64,000 bases of DNA from the NCBI GenBank assembly GCA_951406725.2, contig OX597830.1, forward strand, positions 72,168,001 through 72,232,000, given 5' to 3'. The number at the start of each line of letters is the position of its first letter. Position 1 is the stretch's first letter. Shown here in pieces: positions 1 to 14,373 of the stretch. Position numbers and translations under genes: made by a program. Under the pieces are notes generated by a model. The model did no database searches and was not told the DNA's origin. It was given only the letters and a program-made list of their open reading frames with translations. This DNA comes from Octopus vulgaris (taxonomy: Eukaryota).

Positions 1-147
1 ATATAGGGTAAAAAAGTATTAATTTAATAAAATTAACAAATTTTACCAAGTACTTTCGGTATGGAAAAGAACCATATTCGGTAAAAACGTATATATGTGT
101 GTGTGTGACGTCCTGTACCTATATATACATATCTATATATACATATA

Positions 148-310
148 TACGACGGGCTTCATTTAGTTCCGTCTATTAAATCCACTCACAGGGATTTGGT
201 CGGCCCGAAGCTATAGTAGAATACACTTGCCCAAAGTGCCACGCAGTGGGAATGAACACGGAGCCATGTGGTTGGTAAGCATCTACTTACCACGCAGCCA
301 CTCCTGTGCC
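148..310 (-). mobile_element. SINE-A 5' half (tRNA-like head)
   Basis: Reverse complement of the GGCGCAGGAGTGGCTG...GAAGCCCGTCGTA head seen at 23535 and 35826. Confidence 0.85.
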
Positions 311-412
311 AAATATATATTATTTATATTATTATTTGATTGAACGCCACACATGCTTTTACAAGCATATATATGCATATATATATAGTATATATATAAT
401 ATATATATATAT

Positions 413-643
413 CAGGTGATCACGTGACCGATCAGGCTATCAGATGTTGCTAAACATCGCTGGTCACAATGCGTTTCGCATTGTTTTAGCCTTCAAATGA
501 CGCCATCCCGCTGGCTAAGCGAGCAGGCCAACAGAAGACAGAGTGAGAGAAAGTTGTGGTGAAAGAGTACAGCAGGGATCGCCACCACCCCCTGCCAGAG
601 CCTCGTGGAGCCTTAGGTGTTTTCTTTGCGCAATAAACACTCA
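413..643 (-). mobile_element. SINE-B, 5'-truncated, distinct tail
   Basis: Reverse complement of TGAGTGTTTATTG..AAAACACCTAAG.CTCCACGAGGCTC body shared with 5496 and 15873; 3' portion differs from the other copies. Confidence 0.75.
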
Positions 644-800
644 TCAATTTCTTCTTTAGCCCGGTCTGGGGAGGCATATGGGACGGTCGGACAACCGTTT
701 TGAGAAAATTTGGTTTAAATGTTTGACAACTACAGCACTGTCTAGTGGACAGGTGTTGCTCGTATATATATATATATATATATGTATGTATATATATATA

Positions 801-849
<49 letters not shown>

Positions 850-850
<1 letters not shown>

Positions 851-1200
851 CAAAGGTAAAAAATCAACAAACGGAAATCGTCAGAACATAACAAGCAGGA
901 AACGGACGATAGCGCAACAACGGCAAACATGGACAATACAAGATACATGGATCATTCGCAGCCAATTGCTTCCTCAGTCGGAGTCTGGAATGTCCACGTA
1001 GTTTCGCCCAATCCTCTCCCATACTACTCGAAACCAGTTGGACCAAGGGCTTAAGCTGAGGGAATTAAGCCCTTGAGCAAGGCAAATGAATGCAGATATA
1101 CGTGTATCCTGTTTTGTCGTGTTTGCCTTTGTTGTGTTATCGCCCTTTTCCTCCATTTTATGTTTTGACGAATTCCCCTGTTGTTCTTTACCGTTGATTT
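850..1200. repeat. Degenerate inverted-repeat module next to (TA)n
   Basis: Arms ~866-949 and ~1101-1185 are diverged reverse complements; internal hairpin CAAGGGCTTAA...TTAAGCCCTTG at 1044-1075. Confidence 0.75.
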
Positions 1201-1264
1201 ATCCATGCGGCACTACGTACAATTGCGTGCTTACTCTCACCCACATTTGTATGACTCACACTAA

Positions 1265-1413
1265 GTAAGTAAATTGGTTACCAACCACATGGTTCCGGGT
1301 TCAGTCCCACTGCGTGGCAACTTGGGCAGATGTCTTCTACTATAGCCTCGATCCGACTAAAGCCTTGTAAGTGGATTTGATAGACGGAAACTGGAAGAAG
1401 CCCGTCGTATATG

Positions 1414-1458
<45 letters not shown>

Positions 1459-1823
1459 ATACGTGTGTGTATGTATGCGTGTGTATATATATATACATAT
1501 GTATGTATGTATGTATTTATATATGTATGTATGTGTGTATATGTTTGTGTATATGTATGTGTTTATATATGTATGTGTGTATATATGTATGTGTGTGTAT
1601 ATGTATGTATGTGTATATGTTTGTGTGTCTGTTTTTCCCCCCAGCATCGCTTGACATCTGATGCTGGTGTGTTTACGTTTCCGTAATCTAGCGGTTCGGC
1701 AAAAGAGACCGATAAAATAAGTTGTACGCTTACAAAGAATAAGACCTGGGGTCGATTTGCTCGACTATAAATGCGGTGGTCCAGCATGGCGGCAGTCAAA
1801 TGAGTGAAAAAAGTAAAAGAGAG
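1265..1823 (+). mobile_element. SINE-A with expanded internal microsatellite
   Basis: Head, ~220 bp (TA)/(TATG)/(TG) spacer, then 3' half ending CCAGCATGGCGGCAGTCAAATGAGTGAAA. Confidence 0.9.
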
Positions 1824-1849
1824 TATATGTACATATATATACACACACA

Positions 1850-2367
<518 letters not shown>

Positions 2368-3150
2368 CACACGTACGCACAAGTAAATATTGCACTTATA
2401 GACGAAGGATGTAGCTAGTATACTACACATCGCATACACTACTTTCTTCATTTATAATCTTAACAGCAAATCCGTTCACGACTCGAGTTTCATGCTTTGC
2501 GATCCTTTAGGTGACACGCATACACATACAGACAAACACAAACCCACACAAGTCACAAGCGCGCGTTCGCTGAAATGATACCGGGCGTATATCCTTACAT
2601 AAGACTTATACGTAGCAGCAAGTATGCATATATATATATATATCTTCGTACGTAAACGAAATCATCAATTTGTCAGTGAGTGAACATAGACGTTGCGTTG
2701 TTGGTTTAATTCGGTCTGTTTATTACAGCTCAGAGTGTGACTTATTCATAGAATATTGTCACTATGTCAGACTTTCATGATATCATAAACTGTACTAAAA
2801 CTGCCATAAACTAATTCATTATATGCCTCTGCGTACTTAGCTGGGATACACTAAACGACAAAGCACGAAGAGACACAGTACTGCATACATAGTCCTTCCT
2901 CTGGGCTGGGTGTCTACTACATGCAAATGTGTATACATACACACACACACCCACACACATACACATATATATATACATATATATATATACAAATATACGT
3001 ACGTATATATATATATGTATATATGTATATATATATATATATACATATATACATTAATATATATGTATATATGTATATATATATATATGTGTGTGTGTAT
3101 ATATATATACATACACACATATGCAAACACACACACATACACACACACAG

Positions 3151-3182
<32 letters not shown>

Positions 3183-3216
3183 TATACATGTCTAAAAGAT
3201 TATACATTCATACATG

Positions 3217-3263
<47 letters not shown>

Positions 3264-3374
3264 ATGTGTACATGCATGCATTTATGCATGTATATTAAAA
3301 GTGCGTATAAGTTCATGTATGTATATATATATATATATGAATGTGCTATTTGAAATATACATACAATAAATAGA

Positions 3375-3406
<32 letters not shown>

Positions 3407-3860
3407 TCACACTCACACAGGGACTCATATATAATAGACGCAGCACTCGCAGCATACTGGCAAATACACGAAGCATACACCTCAAGTATATACGGTTGAT
3501 AATTTGTGTGAGTGTTATATATGCATATGTATATGTATATGTATGTGTGTTATATATGCATATGTATATGTATTATGTATACATATATACACACAAACTT
3601 AGGTAATAAGTTTGCGTTTGTGTGTATCTCATTATATAGCTGTTTACACACATACTCGCACACACACAAAATCATAAACACACGTACAGAAACACACACA
3701 CACACACATATGTACTTATGTATCCGTACGTGTTTGTTTGTTGTTTGCGCCTATATGCATGCGTTTTTATGTGTAGTTGTGTATGTAGAGTTATACATAT
3801 GTTTACGTTCATTTGCATGCGCGGAAACAAGCATACAAACCACACCACACGCATATATAT

Positions 3861-3928
<68 letters not shown>

Positions 3929-3930
3929 TT

Positions 3931-4143
3931 TACTTTCTTTTTGCTCTTTTACAGGTTTCAATCATTTGAATGTGGCCATGCTGGAGCACCGCCTGTAGTC
4001 GAGCAAATGGACCCCAGGACTTATTCTTTGTAAGCCTAGTGCTTTTCTATTGGTCCTTTTTGCCGAACCACTAAGGTACGGGGACGTAAACATACCAGCA
4101 TTGGTTGTCAAGCGATCTTGGGACACATACACACATGTATACA

Positions 4144-4195
<52 letters not shown>

Positions 4196-4348
4196 CGAAG
4201 GGCTTCTTTCAGTTTCCGTCTACGAAATCCACTTACAAGGCTTTGGTCGGCTTGAGGCTATAGTAGAAGACACTTGCCCAAGGTGACACGCAGTGGGACT
4301 GAACCCGAATCATGTGGTTGGTAAGCAAGCTACTTACCACACAGTCAC
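3931..4348 (-). mobile_element. SINE-A, near full length
   Basis: Both halves match the family in reverse orientation. Confidence 0.9.
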
Positions 4349-4489
4349 AGATATAAGGTATAAACGAGGATTTGTGTATAAACAACTTTGATGAAGTGGA
4401 TGAGCGTTGAGCGAGCGTTGTGGAAGGAAGCAACAACGCAGAATGCTATACACACCGGTCCGTAATGAAATATTAATTCTATTCATAAG

Positions 4490-4733
4490 GATGATGATGA
4501 TGACAACGAAAACATCCACGATCATGATGCTGGTGATGATGATGATGGTGATACTGATGATTATGATGAGGCTAACGAGGAGGGCGATGACAACGTCGAT
4601 GACGACAACGACAACGATGATGATGATGATGATGATGATGATAATGATGATGATGATGATCACGATGACGACGACGACCATGATGATAATGGTGAGGATA
4701 ATAATGATGATGATGATGATTAGCATCATCAAG

Positions 4734-4771
<38 letters not shown>

Positions 4772-5000
4772 GTCAACGACGATGAAATACGGTTCTTACG
4801 ACGACGTCGATGAAAATGACGACGATTAATGATTAAGATTAATGATATCGGTGTCGGTGGTTGTGGTGGTGATGGTGGTGGTAGTGGTGGGTGTTTTCAT
4901 GCTAGTTATATTGGTAGTGGTGGTAGCGGTGGCAGTTATTTTCGTGCTGGTTACGGTGGTGGTGGTGCTGCTGCTGGTGCTGGTGCTGGATATTACGAAC
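4490..5000. repeat. Degenerate trinucleotide region (GAT/GAC, CAT, GGT)
   Basis: Visible triplet runs. Confidence 0.9.
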
Positions 5001-5334
5001 GACGTGACTGACGATGTTAAATATCTGCCGATGAAGAGGAGATGAAAGGTAGGACGATTAAGATGTTGATGAAATAGACGATGTTTGATTAATTTAAAAG
5101 GATGCTGTTTATGATAGAGATGTGGGTGTGGCGCTAGATATATCAGCAGTGTGGTGTTGGTTATGACGTCAGCAGGATCGGTAATGATGCTGTTATCGAG
5201 GCTGCTGCTTAAAGCTGTTCTTGATCACCTCCAAGATTCAATTCCATGATTTACGTAGAAAACGGTTAAGATGCTCAGGTCAACGACAAAGTGGTTCACC
5301 ATTTAATGTTTAAACATACACACACAAAACGGGG

Positions 5335-5911
5335 CTGTGTGTTTATGTCCCTATAACCTACTGATTCGGCAAAAGTGACCGGAATAAGTGCTGGGGCCGA
5401 TTTGTTCAACTAAAATCCCTGCAAGGTTGTGTTCCAGCATGGCTGCAGTCAAATGACTGGAACAAGTAAAAGAATAGAAGGAAGAGTATATATATGGAGG
5501 CGCAATAGCCTAGTGGTTAGGGCAGCGGACTTGCGGTCGGAGGATCGCGGTTTCGATTCCCAGACCGGGCGTTGTGTGTGTTTATTGAGCGAAAAAACAC
5601 CTAAAAGCTCCACGAGGCTCCGGCAGGAGGTGGTGATCCCTGCTGTACTCTTTCACCACTCTAAAGGCGGTGCTCCAGCATGGCCGCAGTCAAATGACTG
5701 AAACAAGTACAAAAAAAAAAAAAAATATGTGTGTGTGTGTGTGTGCGTGTGTTTGTGTCTGTGATCGTCCCACCATAACCACTTTACAACAGGTGTCGGT
5801 GTGTTTACGTCCCTTTAACCTACTGGTTCGGCAAAAGTGATTGAAATAAGTGCTAAGGTCGATTTGTTCGTCAAAAACCCCCGGAAAGTTGTGTTCCAGC
5901 ATGACCGCAGT

Positions 5912-5915
<4 letters not shown>
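5335..5915 (+). mobile_element. SINE cluster: A 3' half, B head (5496-5660), A tail (5661-5710), A 3' half
   Basis: Matches to family copies elsewhere in the window. Confidence 0.85.
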
Positions 5916-5961
<46 letters not shown>

Positions 5962-5968
<7 letters not shown>

Positions 5969-6240
5969 CAGAAAGGGACAAGAACGCAAAACATCCGGAC
6001 AGCTAGATAATACAAAGAGGGACAACAAAACATCCAGATAGACGATACAAAGAAAACAAGGACGGGTCATTGGAAGTTTTCTTTCTGCAGTCAAGCACCA
6101 GATTATCTTCGCAATTTGGACTGATTATTCTTGAGATTGCTCCAATCTGGCCAGCCCCAAGAAAAAACTAAGCTAAGAGCATTAGATTCCTTGGAAGAAA
6201 GCAGCGAATGTATACATAAACAAGGACGGAAAAAACAGAC
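5962..6240. mobile_element. (TA)n-adjacent repeat module, possible Penelope-like remnant
   Basis: Shares motif order (GTCATT.G..., CAGTC, CCAAG..TAAGCT..G, CCTTG, GAATG) with 945-1095. Confidence 0.4.
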
Positions 6241-6504
6241 AAAATATGGTCTTTAGTCTTGTGGAATATAATAAGCAGCATAAAAGTAGTGAATTGAAAT
6301 GAAAAGATGGTTTTCAATTCTCTCAACTGAATCCTAGTGGAAGCGCATGACCAAGTGGTTTGGGGTGTCGCACGCATGATTCCAGGACTGTATAGTAAGT
6401 TGTGCTCCGGAGCACAAAACTTCTTTTCTCGATGCTCTTCACCACTTAGCAGTAAATGAGTAACTCTGCGACGGCCTCGTGTTCGTTCAGGTGTTCTCGT
6501 TCAT

Positions 6505-6760
6505 TTTTATTGGCACTCCGTCGATTACGACGACGAGGGTTCTGGTAGGCCCGATAAACAGGACAGCCTGTTCATGAAATTAACACGTCAGTCGCTGAGC
6601 ACTCCACGGACAGGGAGATTCAGCGTGACACAGAATCTAACGAAACTGATCCATTGAATTACAGTTACAACTGATTTATGAGAACTGAGTAAGTTGGAGC
6701 AACGTGAAATAAAATATCAGGCTCAAAGACACAACACGCGGCAGGTTTTCGATTTACGCA
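6505..6760 (-). mobile_element. SINE-D, decayed
   Basis: Reverse strand has TGTGTCTTTGAGC...ATTTCACGTTGCTCC core also present at 12705-12741. Confidence 0.65.
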
Positions 6761-8139
6761 TCTCGGAAACTGGGTAAGTGTCCCTGTAATTTCAAGGATC
6801 CGAAGACGAAAATGAGCAGAATATTTTACTGAAGCTTGTTGGAATGATTCTCAGTCTCACTACCTCTGTTTGTCAATCTCTCTGTCTTTCTGTCTCTCTG
6901 TCTCTCTCCCCGTTCTTATTTTGAATTCATTGCCGAAAATTAATTGTTATTAATAGTTATTAATAGTTATATATATATATATTTCATGCACACATGTAAA
7001 CATCCATAGACATAGACGTACACTCACATACTCACACACTGAAATCTGTAAATAATCTTTTCGGGACCAAATGCGATACACCGTAAAATTCGCCCAATTA
7101 CAAACCCAATGATATATCACCGTGACCCGTGTAACTGATATAATTCAAGAAAGACATTTACAGGTTATTATAAACGAAGAGTTACAATCTATTCTGAGTT
7201 TATGGTGACATGAATGCTTACTTAAAAGTTATTAACAAGATACAAATGTATACTGATATTTGAATTTCCTTTTATACAGCTTGCAGTATACAGTTAGTAT
7301 ATCTGTAAATGGAAATAGAAAGAAATCAACAAAACCAACAAGGAAAATCAGTAAACGAATTAATCATCAGTATGATAAGAGAAACATCAGCTACTTCACA
7401 TTGGTGTATGATAGACTATAAGACTACATTAATCATATTGTGTTTGTAAAGAATAGCGTATACATAATATACCTGGCTACGTTTCACATAGAATCGTTAA
7501 TTTCTGATTAATGAATGGGCAAGAGAAGTTAGACGCATTCAGAAACGAAATGTGATATTCTCATATTTAACTTTGCACCTTCGTACTAACAGGGAATTCC
7601 TATCAGATAGCGAAACATTATGATCACTCTATAAATATAGACGGTATCTAAATATAATAACAATTGTTTCTAGTATAGGCGCAATGCCAGATATTACGTG
7701 AAGTGAATTACATAATAAAACTCACTCCGGTACTTGACTTACAATTTATTTTATCGACTACGGAAAGATGAAAGACATAGCTGACCTCGTCTGTATTTGA
7801 ACTCAGAATGTAAAGAATTCTAAATATCCGAGGCATTTTGTCCTTCCCTTCAATGATTAGGCACAATATTGTTTTCAGATATATGGACAAGGTCGGGAAA
7901 ATTGAAAAGGGGGGTCAGTCAACTATATTGATTCCAGAAGGTTTGCAAAGAAGGTTTGTAAAGAGAGTCGGGACAATTACTGCCTTGTATTATGTCCATT
8001 GCTGTAACGATTCTTCCAGCATAACAACCTGGAATCGCTTTCAAAATTCGGTACCAAACTAATCAAAAGATTCGAAGAGCGGGGTTTCATTTGTTATCCG
8101 GATCCAAGTATTTCTCAATTACTGCAAATTATAAATGCA

Positions 8140-8256
8140 AGAGGATGAAAGGCAAAGTCGACCTACGCGGAATTTGAACTCAGAACGTAACGGCAGACGA
8201 AATACGGCTACGCATTTCGCCCGGCGTGATAACGTTTCTACCAGCTCGCCGCCTTA
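8140..8256 (-). mobile_element. SINE-C 5' part
   Basis: Reverse complement of AAGGCGGCGAGCTGG...GTTCTGAGTTCAAATTCCG...GTCGACTTTGCCTTTCATCC. Confidence 0.85.
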
Positions 8257-8318
8257 TGTTTAGAGGTAAAGAGATACATATATATATATATAGAGAGAGA
8301 GAGAGACTTGTATGTATG

Positions 8319-8420
<102 letters not shown>

Positions 8421-9464
8421 TATTCACCACGTTCTTAACTATAGGACGGGCTGACAGTCATTATTGCTAATATCACCTCCCAAATCTGATACCGCCACTA
8501 ATGACACTGAAATGAAACAATAACAAGTGGCGGCGCGGGGGTGGGGGGAGAAGAAGTAGCAGAATAACGGTGAGGAGGGAATGTGTTATTGTTGTTTTTG
8601 GAGTTCCTAGTTGAAGTGTTGGTTGTGATGGTGGCGGCGGCGGCGGCGGCAGTAGTGGTGTTGGTGGCGGTGGTGAAAGAGGAAGAGCATGAGTAGACAA
8701 CGGAAAAAAAAGAAAAATGCCGATAAAGAAAGAGGTGAAGAAAAGGAGGGAAAACTAATATAACATAAAAATAAAATAAAATAAAATAAAATAAAATAAT
8801 AGAAAGAAGAGTGAAAAATCGAAGAAAAACATTAAAAAACAGAAGAATTAAGAAACATTGAACGTAGCTCTTTTCTCTGCCATAAAATGTCTTATTTATC
8901 AGAGAGACATGTATGATAGTCAAGATCTGGCAGTGTATGTATACATTGCTATTTGCTTATGTATATAGTAATATATGGTTGTGTATATACTACTTTACTG
9001 ATATATACATCTGCTTCCTGTCAGTATGACACACGGAAGCAGATTGTTAACTGGTGTAGGGACCGAACATGTATACACATGGTAGCATAGGCACTTGTAT
9101 CTCTGTACACATATTAACGTATTATGATAAACTCTACATATACATACACACCCATGCTAATACGCATACACACTAATATGCGTACATGGATATACACACT
9201 AATGAGCTTACATATTATGCGTACATGCATACAAGAAGGTGTACTAATAACACAAAGGTAAAAATACGTATGCGAAGAGGAATCACAGAGACATTAGACG
9301 TAGACAAAGTCATACGCGCTCTCAACGCTATTCAAATATGTGTGTATACTAATCCACGAATACTGACATGTGTAAATATACAGCAAACGCACATGCACAA
9401 TCAGACACGAATACAAACAATGTTAAGTTTCAAAAGAGGCAAAAAGCAAAAAAACAGGTGGCGC

Positions 9465-9872
9465 GGAGGAGGAGAAGGAGGAGGAGGAGAAGGAGAAGAA
9501 GAAGAAGAAGAAGAAGTAGAAGAAGATGAGAAAGAAGAAGAAGAAGAAGAAGAAGAAGAAGAGAAAGGTGAAGAAGAAGAAGAAGAAGAAGAAGAACAGG
9601 AGGAGGGGAGAAGGAGGAGGGAAAAGAAGAAGAGAAAGGAGAAAGAAGAAGAAGAAGAAGAAGAAGAAGAAGAGGAAAAGATAAGAAGAAAAAAAAGAAA
9701 AAGAAGACGTGGGAGGGGGAGGGGGAGAAAGGAAGAGGAGGAGGAGGAGGAGAAGAAGAATCCGAAGAAGAAGAAGAAGGAGGAGGAGAAGAGCAAGAAG
9801 GAGGAGAAAAGAGAAAGAAGGAGGGAAAGAAGAAGATGAGGAAGAAGGAGGAGAAGAAAAAGAAAGGAAAGA
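9465..9872. repeat. ~400 bp polypurine (GAA/GGA)n tract
   Basis: Almost pure A/G on the + strand. Confidence 0.95.
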
Positions 9873-10284
9873 GTATGTATGCCCTTTCTTTTGACAGGTA
9901 TAAGTGGCAGAATAAGAAACCGCAATGGCGGTGGTGGTGATGGTAGTAGTGGTTCTTGTGGTGGTATTTGGCGAGGGGTTAGTGCTAGAGAATATGGCAC
10001 ACTACAGAAACCACTTCTTACTGCCATTGAGATTTCAAGTCCATCTTGACTTATGTAAACAGAATAACGTTGAAGGAATTTCTTTTTTGTAGTTAAACCC
10101 GTCTTCAGATTGTCTTATCTTATTGTCTCCTATTTTGAAAAGAAACAGCATATGAACCAAGTTGGCAGCATATTGGAGTGACCAACCAAGGGACTTTTAG
10201 TTCGCATACGCTCCCAAGTACTATATCGTCTTAGTAATCCAAAGCATAAGCATCTTAACCTTGTAAAAGAGCCAGTTTTATGTA

Positions 10285-10308
10285 TCTCTGTATATATAAA
10301 CGGCAAAA

Positions 10309-10347
<39 letters not shown>

Positions 10348-10655
10348 CTTTTATACAAATCCACAACTTTTTAGTTAGAGAGCTCGCACTTTCTATAGTC
10401 ACTCAAAACCGTCCAAGAGTGGTCGTGCACATCTTTACGTTTCCCTAGTCACCCCGGAAAGCCATTAAGAAATCAATAGAATTGACTTTTTTTGTGAATT
10501 TTCTATCCAAAACCCAATCAAAATGCCCGAAACTTGATACGCCAATTGAAAGCTTGCTAGCTGTATGTGATTAGTCGGAGATTTGGACAGTATTCGCGTG
10601 TATGTGTGCACGCACACAGCTGTATATGCATGCACTAGCACTATGACCCGGCTAG
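10285..10655 (+). mobile_element. Non-autonomous Helitron
   Basis: A|TC start, internal (TG)n, CTAG|T end; closely similar second copy at 60472-60810. Confidence 0.8.
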
Positions 10656-11007
10656 TTCACATATAACTTCGAATGTTGGGTACAGAATTGACAAAAGTTT
10701 TCAGGTTGTTACTGGCTTGAACATTGAAGAGAGACCGTTATTAGGCATGTTTAAGTATTGTGATTTGAAGTACAAGCATTTCAAAGCCTCAGAGTTTCAA
10801 GTAAATAACATGTTTACCGAATAGGTAGGGTTTTGTACAAGTCAACGAAAGATTTTTGGGTTTCGTATACAGTTAGCAGAAGAGCAACGCTTGGTTGATG
10901 GCCATCACATGGTTCTTGAGGTCTTTTATCTGAGTCTCCACGGTTGCAAACATTTAATAGTGATGTCTAGTTCTACAATACCTTTCTCCATACCACTAGT
11001 CACGCAT

Positions 11008-11145
11008 CCCCGTAATTTAGCGGTTCAGCAAAAGAGACCGATATGATAAATACAAGGCTTACTATGAATAAGTTCTGGGGTCGGTTTCTTTGGTTAAAGG
11101 CGGAGTTCCAGCATGACCACAGTCAAATGACTGAAACAAAATAAA
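11008..11145 (+). mobile_element. SINE-A 3' half
   Basis: CCCCGTAATTTAGCGGTTC...CAGTCAAATGACTGAAACA. Confidence 0.85.
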
Positions 11146-11224
11146 TGGATATATATATATATATGTACATATATGTATATATATATATATAAGTACATAT
11201 ATGTTTGTGTGTGTATACATGTAC

Positions 11225-11288
<64 letters not shown>

Positions 11289-11875
11289 AGGGGCGTGTGT
11301 GTGTGTGTGTATGAACTGATCATTTGGAATTAGGAAAGGAACAGAATTTAGATGACTGACGAGAGAATTTTATCAATTTTATCAACAAACACACATACAC
11401 AACTACACGTAGACATACACATACACGCATATAGACATATACATACAAATTCACATACATATATATATATACACAGTTCTCAAGGTATTGAAATGATAAA
11501 AGCTTGTGTTGGACTGTCTAAGATCCTACAAGGAATTTTGACAGTAGGTTTGTTTATAGAAGAGATGGCATAACCTCTGAGAAAGACAAGGCAGCGCTGG
11601 CAAGGATAAATGATACATTGCCTCGTATACAATGGAAGAATAGAAAGGGAAAACTCTGTCGGTGTCATTGTTAGAAAATAGATATACTTGCTATTTATCG
11701 ACTTGTTTGGTCTGGGGGATTTAAGATAATGCGGAGTATATCTTCGACCAGCATCGTGTCGTCTTAGAATTTTATATATCACAGGTTAACCGGTGGGTCA
11801 TTTAAAGTCGGAACGAATGAAAACACACACAAATATATATAAATATAAATATATATATATGTATATATGTATAAA

Positions 11876-12033
<158 letters not shown>

Positions 12034-12288
12034 ATAATATATAAGTATAATATATATATATATATGTGTATGTATATGTATATTTCGATATGTGTGTGTG
12101 TGTGTGTGTCTATGTATCTTGAGTCTGTGTGCGTGTATAGTTGCACAAAGAGTTTCCTGCGCATTGTGATATACTCACACATGCGTACGTCCATACATAG
12201 ATCGATGCATAAATGCGTATTTATATATAATTATGTGTATATATACACACACACACACACAAATACACACATACACGCACGAACACAC

Positions 12289-12325
<37 letters not shown>

Positions 12326-12407
12326 ATTATTAATATAAGTAATAAGGAAGTCACCATTAAAATACCTTATATAAATATTTACACATGTATGTTTATGTGT
12401 GTGTGCG

Positions 12408-12469
<62 letters not shown>

Positions 12470-12476
12470 TATATAC

Positions 12477-12560
<84 letters not shown>

Positions 12561-12561
12561 G

Positions 12562-12596
<35 letters not shown>

Positions 12597-12637
12597 ATAT
12601 ACAGATAGGTATATGTATATGTGTGTGTGTGTGTGTG

Positions 12638-12970
12638 TGTGGTTTAGAACCTCGGCTCGTAATCATGTCGTAGTAAGTTCGAATCCTGGCCTGGATTGTC
12701 TGTTGTCTTCTTGAGCAAGACACCTTATTTCACGTTGCTCCCGTTAACTCAACCGAAGAAATGAGAAGCGACGTCACTGGTGTCTAGGTACATCGGCCTC
12801 CGCCTTTCCCTTGGATAATATCAGTGGTGTGATGAGGGGTGATGGTGTGCAGGGGTGACTGCTGGTCTTCTTTAATCAAACAACTTTGCCCGGACTTCTG
12901 CCTCACAGAAGAAATTTCCAGGTGTAATCACATCGTCATTCGTGACCGAAAGAGGCCTTTAACTTTACAC
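12638..12970 (+). mobile_element. SINE-E (tRNA-like head, core shared with SINE-D)
   Basis: B-box-like GTTCGAATCC; TTGAGCAAGACACCTTATTTCACGTTGCTCC core; CTTTA repeat tail. Confidence 0.65.
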
Positions 12971-12973
12971 TTG

Positions 12974-13004
<31 letters not shown>

Positions 13005-13984
13005 TGTATGTATGTATGTATGTATGTATGTATGTATGTATGTATGCATGCATGTATGTATGTATGTATGTATGTATGTATGTATGTATGTATGTATGTA
13101 TGTATGTATGCATGTATGCATGTATGTATATATAGGTATGTATGTATATTAATTCAGTTTTGGTTTTTTGTTATTTCATAAATAAATGCTAAATAACCCA
13201 ATGACATTTTGGTGCGCTGTATTTGTGACGCAAAAATCAAAATATACTTGATATATTATTTATCATTACATGTACTGTAGTGTTGAATGAGTTGGAGAAT
13301 CATTGTGTGATGCTCAAAGATGTATATACTCCAGACATGGGAAATGAACTAATCTATTGAGTGTTGTGATATATGATTTTTTAAATGTTTAAGCAGAACC
13401 AATTTGGTCTGAAGGAATCTCAACTTTGTTGTGACTGAGTATCTTCAAACTGAAGTGTTTCATCGTTTCTCTCTTCGTGTGTCATGGCTACAAGTGACGT
13501 AATCATCGACTTCCATCCCAAAGTCTGAAGATTCTTATTTTCTTAGCACAAGTACAAAAGTATTTTCTTCTTTGCCGTCTACCGCTTTATATTATTTATG
13601 TAACTAGAATCCTACTTTCTTGGATTTACGCCTGAGTCACAATAGCTATTTAGCCCCTAGGAAATGGGATTAATACATGTAACATTAATGCATGCCTACA
13701 TATATGTTGGCCTCTGTGTAATATATGTAAGGGTCAGCCCACATCAGCTTTCTGCATTTCTTAACCACAGGAGAATCTAATGCTAATTGACCTATAATGG
13801 GGGACTGAAAATAAGTGTAGTGGTGACAATGAGAAAAATCATGGCCCACAAAACTGCTGGTGCAGTTTAATGCCTTGCCCAGTCAATATTATAGGGAACA
13901 GACGTTTGAGATAGCAAAGGTTCAAAGCTATAGTTCAAAACCTTAACTATAAAGTTTTGTTATTTTGTTTATATTGACATATAT

Positions 13985-14373
13985 AAGCGCAGGAATGATT
14001 GCGTGGTAAGTAGCCTGCTTACCAACCACATAGTTCCGGGTTCAATCCCACTGCTTGGCACTTTGGGAAAGTGTCTTCTACTATAGCCTCGGGCCGACCA
14101 AAGCCTTGTGAGTGAATTTGGTAGACGGAAACTGAAAGAAGCCCGTTGTATATATATGTGTGTGTTTGTGTGTCTGCGTTTGTCCCCCAAACATCGCTTG
14201 ACGACCGATGCTGGTGTGTTTATGTCCCCGTCACTTAGCGGCTCGGCAAAGAGACCGATAGAATAAATACTAGGCTTACAAAGAATAAGTCCTGTGGTCG
14301 ATTTGCTCGACTAAAGGCTGTGCTCCAGCATGGCCGCAGTCAAATGGCTGAAACAAGTAAAAGAGTAAAGAGT
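13985..14373 (+). mobile_element. SINE-A full length
   Basis: Head with A/B-box-like motifs (TGGTAAG; GGTTCAATCCC), short internal microsatellite, AAGAGTAA tail. Confidence 0.92.

Noticed and set aside
9186-10027. Glu/Lys-rich 217-aa and Ser/Phe-rich 208-aa ORFs
   Set aside because: Open only because of the (GAA/GGA)n tract.
11480-11782. Possible decayed LINE fragment
   Set aside because: No motif is clear enough to call.
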